Shown: piece by piece, positions 13,701-24,279 of the stretch
How the letters are laid out: each line of letters opens with the position of its first letter
Numbering within the stretch: position 1 is the stretch's first letter
NCBI GenBank assembly: GCA_977016875.1
Contig: CDRNST010000218.1
Span: 1,240,001 to 1,304,000, forward strand
Reading direction: 5' to 3'
DNA from: Pavona decussata
Lineage: Eukaryota
DNA length: 64,000 nt
Position numbers and translations under genes: made by a program
Notes under the pieces: model-generated
The model's input: the letters and a program-made list of their open reading frames with translations, nothing else
What the model was told of the DNA's origin: nothing
Databases searched by the model: none

Positions 13701-14254
13701 TTATTCTGGACCCGTCAGACAATCTGTACTTCCTACTGTGACTTGACTTCACAGATGGCGTGGGTACAGGTTTTCTTTCCAGTGCCTGGATGCATTCAGA
13801 GACTAATCCTACACTCAAAATACTCTCGATCGCGCGTGTCAAACCATCGATATGAAACCTCCCTTTCTAGTTCCGATTCCAACAAATTATCGTACTCTCT
13901 ATGAGCGTCAGTGAATTCATCTTTCAATTGATCCAAGTGATCCCTTTCTGTTTCTTACTGTTCTATTTCGGTCTCAGGCAAATCACGAATGGCATTAATA
14001 ATTTCAATCTGTTCCTTCAGTACCTTGTAGGCGGAATTCCGATTAGCAAAGTTTAGTTCCAGCTGATACGCCTTCCCCTTTCCGGTCATTTTCTTTTTTC
14101 GGCCTGAGGTTTTAGATTTCACGAAGGTGCCTGGATCGATGCCTGCTATGCTTTTCGGCGGCGGATGTGTTTGTTTTGACGCGTCAATATCCGGATCTGA
14201 TAACATTTGATTACGGAAGAATGCAAGGCTATCCGGTGAACTGACAACACTCAT
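7790..14254 (-). pseudogene. gag-pol of BEL/Pao element 1 (many stops/frameshifts)
   Basis: Pao gag (LFFLDKYTKGKA), ALLDDPSDTTF protease, YIPHHGVYHPKKPNKIRVVFD, HLFGATSSP, FYVDN, LHHFSDAS, KSRVAPLKPVTIPRLEL, VDYFGPF..LRSDQGTNF..GGVWERQI. Confidence 0.93.
9170..9513. repeat. Tandem duplication (163 bp x2) inside pol with 18-bp filler
   Basis: 9170-9332 repeated at 9351-9513; filler GAATGTAATTTGTATGAA. Confidence 0.9.
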
Positions 14255-14342
14255 TTTTTATCCACAAAACAAAGTTCAAGGGCTGTTGATAACCATTGGT
14301 GGAATGTAGCAACGATGTTTTACTCGGACATTGATATTTTAC

Positions 14343-15206
14343 TGTGGCGCTTGCGGCGACTGACAGGAAAGTTCAAATGATCCAAAAGTTCAAGATTTGA
14401 AGTCGTGTCGCGGCGAAGCATTTAGGGACTACTTTCTGGGTCGTAAAACTCAAAAGGTCAAGAACCACGGAGAACCAAAGTTGATGTCTAACGGTGATTT
14501 ACATGTATTCCAACAAAAATGACCAATAGTACAGAGAGACCAAAATGCCAAATCGACCAACTAAAACGACCAAACGACCGTAAACTGAAATAAAATACGA
14601 AACTCTACTAATTAAGACGAAATAGACGCGCAATCAAAACTAGGTCCTAGCGACGATAATGCGGCTTTCACAATTACATAAACAATTAACTAGCATAAAA
14701 GTTCCTTAAAACTAATCAAGTTTCAATCAACAGTCGTGCTCTAGAATAATATTAGGAACTAATTTAGAGCCTAGCACTCTCTAACTTAAAACTTAGTGGG
14801 CGTTTCTTCCTGATAAATGCGTTTCCATCCAATTGACGCCTTTTGCGACTATGAAGCAATTAATCCCTCTTGTGGTTGATTGTACAATAATCCATTTGCG
14901 TACATTCGCCCATAATAAAATCTAACTTAACAAAAATAAAGAATTACTCACATATCGGTCCCACTTGTGCCAATTGCAAGGATTCAAGACAACGCAAACC
15001 AAACTTCAATACTATCATAGGTGACTCTCTGGCAAAAAGAGACGCTACAGCCGCTTTTATATGCGCGTGGGGACGCTAAAAGGTCCGATTACAAGACCAA
15101 TCAAATCGAGAAAAATACGAATAAACATTGCAACTAAGGACAAGTAACTATGGTCTGATCAAAAAAGGCCAATCAAATAAATGGGAACTGGTTAGTGTCC
15201 TTAATA
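14343..15206 (-). repeat. 5' LTR of BEL/Pao element 1
   Basis: Direct repeat of 6754-7613; terminal ACA mutated to ATA. Confidence 0.95.
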
Positions 15207-15455
15207 AATGGATTAGATCTTTTAAATAGTGTTATTATATGGCTACAATAGTACGCGCACTCTGATTGGCTGCTAAGCGGGCAAGATTTTCTTGTAATGA
15301 CCGGGCATTATGAAAACTTTTCTCGGCTCAACAGCTCTTTTGAGTTGTGAGTAAAAGGTACGAGCACGTGAGCGAAAACAACAAAAAATATGGACAAAGT
15401 ACAACTATATTTTCAATAACTGAAAGAAAAACTAGCATACAGATACTTCTTTAGT

Positions 15456-15842
15456 ATGAGTGACGAAGAGAGCCATAGCGAGAGCGAGTTTTATTTTCCA
15501 AAGGACGAAGAACAGGGCAAAAGTGAGCAAAACAACACGAGGAAAGTTATCACTCACAAAGACGAAAATTTCTGTAATAGTCAAGAGAAGATACAAACGT
15601 TTGTTCAAGAACAGAAAAGTGAAAACACTGTGAAAAAAATGTCAAGTTATATGAAGTGTTTTTTCCGTTTTCTTGGCGAGATAAACAAGACAAATGTTCA
15701 GATTTTGGACTTACCATTGAAAGAACTTGACCACCTCCTGGGAAAGTTCTTTAAAGACTTACGGTAAACCTATGGGGATGAATACGAGCCACGTAGTTTG
15801 ACGGGACTGTAGAGAAGTATCCAGAGATTTCTGTCTGATTCC
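15456..15842 (+). pseudogene. N-terminal part of Crypton/QRICH1-KCTD1-like recombinase
   Basis: FVQEQKSENTVKK..F.RFL..ELDHLLGKFFKDLR*TYGDEYEPRSLTGL*RSIQRFL, truncated afterwards. Confidence 0.75.
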
Positions 15843-16646
15843 GTTATTGAATTAAACATACGCGTAAACATACCGTTAAAACACGTCTGCTGCGGACGCG
15901 TATATGCGTCTAAAAATCTGCAGACGTGCGTCTAGTCAGACTCATTAGCATGTATGACCTAGCTCATTGTTTTAAAACTTTAAAAACACGCTTGCCGTGA
16001 GGCTTGCTGTATTTTTTGAAATGAAACAAAATGAAACGAGATGATGAATAAATCTGTAGAATTGAAGATATCAAGACCACAAAAGACAGATTTCCGTGTG
16101 TGATAAGCGCGAAACGGGCTCTGTGTAGAAAGGAATTGCCATGCTGAAAACACTGGCAAGATTTTGGCCACGTGCTAGGCAACCAAATTCCATTACATGT
16201 ATCAAGTTACATTCGGCAATAACATGATGCAAGGAAAAAAATTTACAGAGGTTCTTAGAAGAGAACCTAGACGCTTTTTTATTTAATCAACACGGGAGCC
16301 ACAGTGCCTTTCCAATTATACCCAACTTGTGCCATTTTCAGCCCTTCGAAAAAAACTTCGGAACACATTAATATGTGTACCTGTAATGGCCATGGCTGAA
16401 AAATGAGAAAATCACAAGAAAAATTAAGGTGCAAGTAAAAAAAAATAACACTCAGTCTGCACGGTCTGCACAGTGTGCACAGTCTGCAGTCTGCATGGTC
16501 TGCGTTTCAACATGACCAACCTCGAATGCTCTCTTGCCCGCACAAGCGAATGTGGAAAATTACTTCCGGTGTTTTTATTGTATTCTTTTTATGAAATTTA
16601 TACAATAAAGAATTGAAAAAATGTCACTTGTGAAATGTTCGTGGCT

Positions 16647-16692
16647 AGTCTGACGCGGCGTTTCGTCTCGGCCAAGAGACTCTTCAGAGACC
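16647..16692 (-). ncRNA. Type I hammerhead ribozyme, copy 1
   Basis: GGUCU-CUGAAGA-GUCUC-UUGGCC-GAGAC-GAAA-CGCCGCG-UC-AGACU: conserved core with stems I, II and a short III; GUC cleavage triplet. Confidence 0.85.
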
Positions 16693-16864
16693 TTTAGAAT
16701 CTGTAGGCAAACTCGTTGAGCATCGCGCTCAAAGTCCCGTTCGCAAATTCAAGATGTTAGCAGTCTGGCCCTCTATCGCAGAAGGATTCCCAACCGCACG
16801 TACACGAGTTGAAATTTATACAATAAAGAATTGAAAAAATGTCACTTGTGAAATGTTCGTGGCT

Positions 16865-16910
16865 AGTCCGACGCGGCGTTTCGTCTCGGCCAAGAGACTC
16901 TTCAGAGACC
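16865..16910 (-). ncRNA. Type I hammerhead ribozyme, copy 2
   Basis: Same motif; one stem I pair changed from U-A to U-G. Confidence 0.82.
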
Positions 16911-17082
16911 TTTAGAATCTGTAGGCAAACTCGTTGAGCATCGTGCTCAAAGTCCCGTTCGCAAATTCAAGATGTTAGCAGTCTGGCCCTCTATCGCAGA
17001 AGGATTCCCAACCGCACGTACACGAGTTGAAATTTATACAATAAAGAATTAAAAAAATGTCACTTGTGAAATGTTCGTGGCT

Positions 17083-17128
17083 AGTCTGACGCGGCGTTTC
17101 GTCTCGGCCAAGAGACTCTTCAGAGACC
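17083..17128 (-). ncRNA. Type I hammerhead ribozyme, copy 3
   Basis: Same motif as copy 1. Confidence 0.85.
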
Positions 17129-17320
17129 TTTAGAATTTGTAGGCAAACTCGTTGAGCATCGTGCTCAAAGTCCCGTTCGCAAATTATTATTGTATAAATT
17201 TCAACTCGTGTACGTGCGGTTGGGAATCCTTCTGCGATAAATGGCCAGACTGCTAACATCTTGAATTTGCGAACGGGACTTTGAGCGCGATGCTCAACGA
17301 GTTTGCCTACAAATTCTTAA

Positions 17321-17366
17321 GGTCTCTGAAGAGTCTCTTGGCCAAGACGAAACGCCGCGTCAGACT
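17321..17366 (+). ncRNA. Type I hammerhead ribozyme, inverted copy 4
   Basis: GGTCT CTGAAGA GTCTC TTGGCC AAGAC GAAA CGCCGCG TC AGACT; one mismatch at the top of stem II. Confidence 0.8.
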
Positions 17367-17859
17367 AGCCACGAAAATTTCACAAGTGACATTCTTTTTA
17401 TGAAGAGTGCTAAAAAGGCAATATAATAAATAATTTATTAACCTAGTCCGTTCGGTCATTACAAGGAAATCTCAGACCTTGGCCTTGATGTTTTGACCTC
17501 ACATCAAGGCCTCGGTCTGAGATTTCCCTGTAATCACCTCACTCTTGGTTAATAAGTGGTATGTAATCAAAGATTATAGAGTGCATTTGACACCTTAAAT
17601 GGAACAAATTTGGCAAAATCGTGCACCCTTTCATGTTTGTCTCAATTTGAATATTTGTTGTTATTTTTTTATTTGGGTGTAGCATTTTCTGAAGTGTGTT
17701 AAAAGCCGAATTAAAGTAATAAGCGAAAGTGCTGACACGCAAGTGAAAACTGCTGTTCATCTAAGAGAAAAGAAAACTACATGAAGTCTCGTGTCTGTGT
17801 GAAACAATTTAATAAACAAAATTGATGTCACATGTCTCACTAATATCAATGCATGAGAA

Positions 17860-18610
17860 TAAATAAAGAAGGTGAACCTAAACTGATTTGTATTCACTTC
17901 TGTGAAGTACAAAGTGTTAACTGAAATAACAATAACATATCAATTCATTTTTTAGCAATTAAGAAACAAGATGAATCTAAAGGAATTTGTATTCACCTTT
18001 CTGAAGTACTCACTTGAATAACAGTCAGGGGGGGATCCAGGGGGAGAGTTGAGGGGGTTTTCAAGCCCCACTATGAGCAGTTGAAATGCTAGAAATGCTT
18101 TATTTTAGGATGTGCATTTTCAAATTTACATGGTGTAACACACTCCCTTACATGTAGCCCGACAGGGAGTTACGCCAACTGACAACCCCCCTTTTAAAAA
18201 TGATTGGATCCATCCATGACAATAACAAAACAATTTAAAAGCCAGATGAGTCTAAAGTGATTTGCATTCACTTTTTTGAAGTAGTTAAAACTGGAATAAC
18301 TGAATCCCCGCTTGAAACTTCTCCTTGAAGGGTTCAACCAATGTGATGGTTCATTCCCTTTTTTGTTTTGTTTTGGCGTGTTCAAACCTTTGATTTTGGA
18401 ACAACTGAATCTAAAGTGATTTGTGTCTACTTCTTTTTGTCTCAAAACTCAAATAACTGAATGTGAGCATGAAAAATTTCATTCAGCTAATGTACGGCTT
18501 GAACTTGAATAACAATAACACAACAATTAACGAAGCAAGTTTAATCTTAAGTGATTTGTGTTCACTTTTTTGAAGTATTTAAAACTGGAATAACTGAATG
18601 GCAGCTTGAC
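17860..18610. repeat. Degenerate repeats (AATCTAAAGTGATTTGT.TTCACTT) with a possible small TIR element at 18026-18218
   Basis: About five diverged copies of the motif; CAGGGGGGGATCCA...TGGATCCATCCATG imperfect TIRs, TSD unclear. Confidence 0.45.
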
Positions 18611-19136
18611 AAATTCCAGTCAGCTTACGTACTGCATTGAAAATAGCCATGCATGCTAAATGTCAATTTTTTTCTTTATCAATGAGTTTGTGAGATTGCC
18701 TGTCATAGCAAAGTTTCACAGTATTGAGCTGCAAGACAGCTTCAGTGATTTAATCTTTGGATGATGTTTCCTCTAAATAGCATATGGTTAACAGCTTTGT
18801 TGCAGTGTCAGTGTACACTGTTTGATCTCCAAATCCAACACATTAACCACACCGTTTCCTTCCGTTGTCTCACGTTTATTTCGCCCGATCTAAAACGTTT
18901 CCAGCACGAAACAAGTACAACTTTGACGGCTACTACAAACTCTAGCTCTGATGAAAACACTCTCGTCCTACAAGTACATGCTACAATTCTACTCTCGCTA
19001 GAGGGGGGAACAACAATTCATGATAATGTCAACGTCACTTCCGGTTTCCTACTCGAGACTAATAACAAAACGATTACACTAAATTGTTCAGCTTTCGACA
19101 TCCTCCACCTCGCAACTTGCGTTAGTAAGTTGCAAC

Positions 19137-22100
19137 TCAGTCTCTAAAGCGACTTGGACGGACAATCTCTCTTCCACTCCGAGTCCTTTGTGGCATGGGG
19201 ACTTCATGTTCAGCTTCTTCTTCACCGTCTGTCATATCGGCCTCACTGTCTAATATCTCGTCATCCTTATCAGTATCCTCTGGTAGCCTTGTGATGGGCG
19301 GGAGATTGTCAGATTCGGCACAAATCTCCAATTTGTAAAGTTTGCGAACTGGTCGTGTCAGCATACCCAATTTCACCTGTACAATAGCAGCACGACATCT
19401 TCCACCTCGACCAATAATGAGCTGTCGACCAACCCCCATCTTCCAATTAAGACGCTTTTCTCTGTCGTCAGCTACAAGGACAACCTCTCCGACTTTCAAA
19501 GGATTCGGTAGAGTCTTCCAAACTTCTCCTTGTGAACCTAGCACTTGATGCAAGTATTCTTTCCTCCAAAGGTCATTCATGGAGGACAGCCACTTTCTTC
19601 TTTGTCGAAATTCGTCAGAGAGGTTCAGTTCTCTTTCTTCTTCCTCGAAGTCTCCTCGGGGTGGCAACAGGAACTGTTTAGGGCACAAAGGGATAGGAAC
19701 ACCACCATCAGGATTAGCTGACTCCCACAAGTAAGTGATAGGCCGGCAGTTGATGACTTTTTCTACTTCAGTTAGAGCAGTTACTAGTTCCTCCCAGGAA
19801 AGAACGGCGTGACCTAACGAGCGACATAGGAGTCCTTTGACAATGCCCACTAACCTCTCCCAGGCTCCTCCCCACCAAGGTCCACGTTCAACCACAAACT
19901 GCCACTTCATGTCAAGATTTTTCTCTCTCACCCACTTAGCTGCCGCCACAAAGTTTGATCCATGATCACTTATGCATAACTGAGGGACACCTCGTCTGTT
20001 CATAAATCTCTGCAGTGCCTGTATCAACGCTTCTGTAGACAACGACGTCACAAGTTCTAAATGGATGGCTCTTACTGACATGCAGGTGAACAAAACGAAC
20101 CAGACCTTGCTGTTATCCTTCAAGTATAGGGGTCCTCCTAGATCCATACCAGTAGTTTCAAAGGGACGCTTCCAGGTCACACGACATAGAGGGAGCGGGG
20201 GCGTCTGTTCAGATGCCGGAGCAGCTAAAAACCTGCTGCATTTCCTACACTTCCGTATAACTGATGAGACCGACTTCTTTGAGCGCAGGATCCAAATCCT
20301 TTGGCGCCTCAGTTCCGAGATAACTGTTGCAGAACCCGCATGTTGCATTTGTTCATGAATGTGAAGTACTAACTGGTCGATGACACCACACTTCTTTACA
20401 AGGACAGGATGAAGCTCATCAAAGGTTGCGTCCACTTGTTGCAAACGGCCACCCATCCTTATTAATCCACCTTCCAAGAACGGATGTAAAGATATTAGAC
20501 AAGACTGACGCCGAACAGGTTGGCCATTTTCCAGCGACTTTAACTCCCTCGAGAAAAATTTTCTCTGCACTTGCTTCAAAATAACCGTTTTAGCACAGTT
20601 CAACTCCTCTAAGGATAGCATGGCTTGACTGTTTCCAGTAGACCTGTGCCAACGTAGCATCCATGCCACGCTTCTCAATGTTCGAAGGTACTTGCTTGTC
20701 CTGGGGGTATCAACAATGTCCTCAACATACATAGGTTCCTTATTGTCCGTTACGGCCATCATCAGCAATGCTTTCCCTGTTTCATTCTTTGAATGCTTCG
20801 GCCACTCTGTCTCAGGTCGTTTCAACCATTCGGGGCCATTCCACCAAATCTTAGAGCCAGACAACTGGGTGACTGTCATACCTCGAGTAGGTAAGTCTGC
20901 AGGATTTTCATTTGTGGGAACCCATGACCACACTCCACCAACAGCCGTAATCTCCTCCACTCGGTTAGCCACAAACACTCCACCCACACACGGTCCCTGG
21001 TTAATCCATGCAAGAGCAACACTAGAATCTGTCCAAAGGAATTCATCATCTATCTTGAGCACCTCATTGTACTCTAATCTTAGTGAATTGAGAAGTCGAG
21101 CTCCTAGTAAGGCACCAAGAAGTTCAAGACGAGGTATCGTGTCTCCATCCGGTGGAGCAAGTCGGCACTTCGAAGCCACAAGATTCACTGTTACGTTTCC
21201 TTCAATGTCTGCTACACGAAGATAGGCTGCAGCTGCATAGGCTCTGGAGGAGGCGTCAGTGAAAACGTGAAGCGACACTCTTGTGTCCTTGTACTGAGAG
21301 GGTGTGATTCCTAACCATCGGCTAACTCTCAGATGATTTCCACCAGAGAATCCTTTCAACACTTCTTCAACACGCCTTCGGAGATCGAGACTGACTTCCT
21401 CATCCCGTCCGAGCTTCTCTTTCCAACAGTCCTGGACAATTATCTTTAGGGGCGTGACAACCGGGCTCACCAGCCCGCACGGGTCGTAAATCTTAGACAG
21501 ACAGGACAATACTTCTCTCTTCGTAAGTTTCTTGGGCACAATATCTTCCACGTCAACAAGTGGGAGAAGTTCATCAGAGTTTAAGTCCCAGCTTACCCCA
21601 AGTACTTTGTGTATTTGTTGTACTTGGCTGTCTGAAAACTCACGGAGAAGATCTCCATCATTGGACCGAAATTTTTGTAGGTTGAAGCCACCATCTTTAA
21701 AGATGCGCACCGCCTCATGCCAGAATTCCCTTGCCTTTTCAGTGTTCTCCATGTAAAGATTGCGAAGAAGTTGGGAAGCCATTTCTGATTTGCTGATGAA
21801 ACTCTCGAGATGCTGTTTCAGGACTACTTGAAGCAGAAATGGTGAGGATTTGGCACCGAAGAAAACCTTCTTGTATCTATACACCTCAATCTCTCCTTGC
21901 GGGTTAAGCCACAAGAAACAACAAACATTCCGGTCTTCATCATGGAGCGACAGCTGTAGAAAAGCCTTTTCGAGATCACCCACAACGCCAACCTTGCCTA
22001 TAGGGAAACGGAGAAGTATGCCCCACAACAGTGGTAAACGGTTTGGTCCTTTCTCAAGGGCATCGTTGAGAGAAAGGCCACCCTCAGACTTAGCTGAGGC

Positions 22101-22448
22101 ATCATGTACAATGCGCAGTTTAGTTGTCTCCCGATCAAGCTTAACAACTCCTCTATGTGGAAGATATGACTGGGGAACGCAGTCGTTTGGCAATGGCTCG
22201 ATATGCCCCTCTTCGAGGAGAGTTTTTAACTGATATGCTGTGTACTCTTCAGGTGTCATCTTTTTAGCCATGCGACGAAGCCTTGTTTCACAGAGGGCCT
22301 TGTTAAGTGCTAAATTCTTTCGGGCTTGAGGTTTCCAAGGCCACGACACAACATACTTCCCAGATTCGTCGCGCTGAACAGCATTCTTCGCCTCCAGCTC
22401 TAAGTCTGGTTCCAACACCTCCTCTTGCACAACACCAAGGTGGTCCAA
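19137..22448 (-). CDS. pol (RT-RNaseH-integrase) of BEL element 2; open frame but RT catalytic DD deleted
   Basis: YLPHRGVVK..KLRIVHDAS, FFGAKSSPF, LRNLYM-ENTE (no DD), LHVFTDAS, TIPRLEL, GMDLGGP, ISDHGSNF, WWGGAWERLV. Confidence 0.9.
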   Translation of the reverse strand: MDHLGVVQEEVLEPDLELEAKNAVQRDESGKYVVSWPWKPQARKNLALNKALCETRLRRMAKKMTPEEYTAYQLKTLLEEGHIEPLPNDCVPQSYLPHRGVVKLDRETTKLRIVHDASAKSEGGLSLNDALEKGPNRLPLLWGILLRFPIGKVGVVGDLEKAFLQLSLHDEDRNVCCFLWLNPQGEIEVYRYKKVFFGAKSSPFLLQVVLKQHLESFISKSEMASQLLRNLYMENTEKAREFWHEAVRIFKDGGFNLQKFRSNDGDLLREFSDSQVQQIHKVLGVSWDLNSDELLPLVDVEDIVPKKLTKREVLSCLSKIYDPCGLVSPVVTPLKIIVQDCWKEKLGRDEEVSLDLRRRVEEVLKGFSGGNHLRVSRWLGITPSQYKDTRVSLHVFTDASSRAYAAAAYLRVADIEGNVTVNLVASKCRLAPPDGDTIPRLELLGALLGARLLNSLRLEYNEVLKIDDEFLWTDSSVALAWINQGPCVGGVFVANRVEEITAVGGVWSWVPTNENPADLPTRGMTVTQLSGSKIWWNGPEWLKRPETEWPKHSKNETGKALLMMAVTDNKEPMYVEDIVDTPRTSKYLRTLRSVAWMLRWHRSTGNSQAMLSLEELNCAKTVILKQVQRKFFSRELKSLENGQPVRRQSCLISLHPFLEGGLIRMGGRLQQVDATFDELHPVLVKKCGVIDQLVLHIHEQMQHAGSATVISELRRQRIWILRSKKSVSSVIRKCRKCSRFLAAPASEQTPPLPLCRVTWKRPFETTGMDLGGPLYLKDNSKVWFVLFTCMSVRAIHLELVTSLSTEALIQALQRFMNRRGVPQLCISDHGSNFVAAAKWVREKNLDMKWQFVVERGPWWGGAWERLVGIVKGLLCRSLGHAVLSWEELVTALTEVEKVINCRPITYLWESANPDGGVPIPLCPKQFLLPPRGDFEEEERELNLSDEFRQRRKWLSSMNDLWRKEYLHQVLGSQGEVWKTLPNPLKVGEVVLVADDREKRLNWKMGVGRQLIIGRGGRCRAAIVQVKLGMLTRPVRKLYKLEICAESDNLPPITRLPEDTDKDDEILDSEADMTDGEEEAEHEVPMPQRTRSGREIVRPSRFRD

Positions 22449-22449
22449 A

Positions 22450-24205
22450 GTCTAGAAGTTCTGCAATTGTTCATGAACAGTGGCTCTAAATGCATGGGCA
22501 TTAGCTCTCGCTACCACACCTGCAGCAGGATGAGATCCGCTGCCACCATGAAGAATCCACCCGAAGATTGTCGGTGTTCCCTTGAGACCATTTCCCAATT
22601 TCCACGTCATTCCTGTAACAATGGTATCATAGCCCTAAGCGTCTCAATCCGCAAATGACGTTTTCCAACAACTCTCTTCGGCACACTTGCAGCCAACTGA
22701 GATGACATCATCGTAAAAGTTGCCCCAGTATCACATAGAGCTCTTACAACCACATTCCCAATAACAACACACACAGTTCTCATCATAACTCCTGTTGTTT
22801 TAAAATCAGCATTCCTTGCAGATGACATCATTGCCTCTTGTGGAGGTCGGGACGAAGGTGGCACTTGACTCTGGGTACCGGTTGAGGGTACATAGGGGCA
22901 ACTGGATTCCAACTTGGGTGACTTGGTGTGTTGCTTGGTGGGGTCACTGTAGGCTGTCTCTGGGTGTCTTGAACCTTTACTCCACCAGTCTTACACAGCT
23001 GTGGGATGTGTGATCCACGTCCACACTGGCAAGGTTTTCTAAACCTACATGCACTCATTCGATGTCCACTTCTACCACAACGAAAACAGGCTCTCGCTTC
23101 TCTCAGCTTTTTGAATCGGTCCTCTACTGACATAGGTACAGTACACTGTTTAGGGGTGTGTTGACCCTTGCAGAGGGTACAAGTTACAGGTTTAGCCATT
23201 AAACCAGAAGCAGTTGAAAATACAGGTTTTTCTTTTTCCACAGGGGTGGTGATGTTTGAAAGGCAGCTCTCTCTCCACAGATGGGTCTGCACTCTCTCAA
23301 ATGTCCAATTCCCGCTCCAGAAACCCTAGCATTTTCGAGAATCCTACATTTTCCTTTGCTAAACCAGCTTTTTCTCAGGCCCACTCCAATCTCCAATCCC
23401 TGGGGAGTTTTGATTCAATCAACGGCATCAAAAGAGCTCCATATTGTTCAGTAGTCACTCCTTGAACTTCAAGTGCTCTCACAGTTGCACAAAGTTCATC
23501 CACTGCATCCCTCATAGCCTTGTTTGACTGATCAAGTGATTTCATGTCTGCCAGCTTCGTCATAAGTCGGTTTCTTTGTATTTCATCTTTGCCATAACGT
23601 GATTTCAGGCGTTCCACAGCAATTTCATAGTTCGCCTCTTCAGTCTTAATGTTTGCAACATATCCCGCTGCTTCATCAGTCAGCAGGGACTTCAAGTACA
23701 CAAACTTCTGGACAGTAGGTATTTCAGGGTTGTCATGTATGGATACCCTGAAAATGTCCCAGAATTCTGGCCAATCCAACACCTTGCCCGAGAATTTTCT
23801 GAGGTCAGTTTTCGGTAATTTCATTTTAGGCGTACATGAAGTATGTTTTGTCTCTGGCATGATGTACTCGAACTTTTCAGGCTTTTCACTTGTATTCTGC
23901 TTTTGTCTTTCTTTTAACCACAATTTTAAAACATGAATGCGATCTGTTACCATGTCGAACCAAGGTCCTTGAGCGTCAACTTCTTCCCGCACATCAGAGT
24001 CATCGTTCAAGAGTTTTTCGATCTCCATCTGAAGATCCTCTGCTTTGTGCAGTCTCGTAGTTATCGAATCGAGCTTTTCCTCCACTCTAGAGACATCAGG
24101 CGAGTCGGAGTCAATGATGTTCCTAACAGCATCCAAATCTCTGGTCATCCAACCTCTCAACCCACTGTGAGCTCTTTTCAGCTGGTCAATTTGTTTCGGC
24201 TTCAT
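22450..24205 (-). pseudogene. gag and protease of BEL element 2 (frameshifted)
   Basis: KLPKTDLRKFSGKVLDWPEFWDIF (Pao gag), three CCHC-type knuckles, RALCDTGAT. Confidence 0.9.
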
Positions 24206-24262
24206 TTTGATCCAGCGATGGCATCAAACGGCAACGAACAACACTCTAGGCGAACGGTAAGG

Positions 24263-24279
24263 TCACGTTGGGGTCACCA
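24263..24279 (-). promoter_or_regulatory. Primer-binding site, tRNA-Trp type
   Basis: TGGTGACCCCAACGTGA directly after the 5' LTR. Confidence 0.75.

Larger units (their letters stand above)
6754..15206 (-). mobile_element. BEL/Pao LTR retrotransposon 1, complete but degenerate
   Basis: Two similar LTRs of about 860 bp, TSD AATGG (6749-6753, 15207-15211), PPT-like CAGGGGAGCCA before the 3' LTR, gag-PR-RT-RNaseH-IN fragments. Confidence 0.95.
16593..17393 (-). mobile_element. Retrozyme-like array: 218-bp units (starts 16593, 16811, 17029) plus inverted unit (about 17187-17393)
   Basis: Near-identical 218-bp period; each unit has a hammerhead core; whole block flanked by direct repeat ATTCTTTTTATGAA (16582-16595, 17391-17404). 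Confidence 0.85.
15232..17565 (+). mobile_element. Crypton-type element 2, internally deleted, with secondary insertions
   Basis: Starts TTATTATATGG..CTGATTGGC; recombinase N-terminus at 15456; right end with a long hairpin (17465-17527) then AATAAG; no TSD or TIR. Boundaries approximate. Confidence 0.6.

Noticed and set aside
16593-17393. 218-bp repeats as CRISPR or coding repeat (ORF 16975-17259)
   Set aside because: No spacers; the ORF is a chance frame crossing the inversion junction.
18761-19147. Duplicated 110-128-aa ORFs (also 24279-24611)
   Set aside because: They are the two LTRs of BEL2 read antisense.
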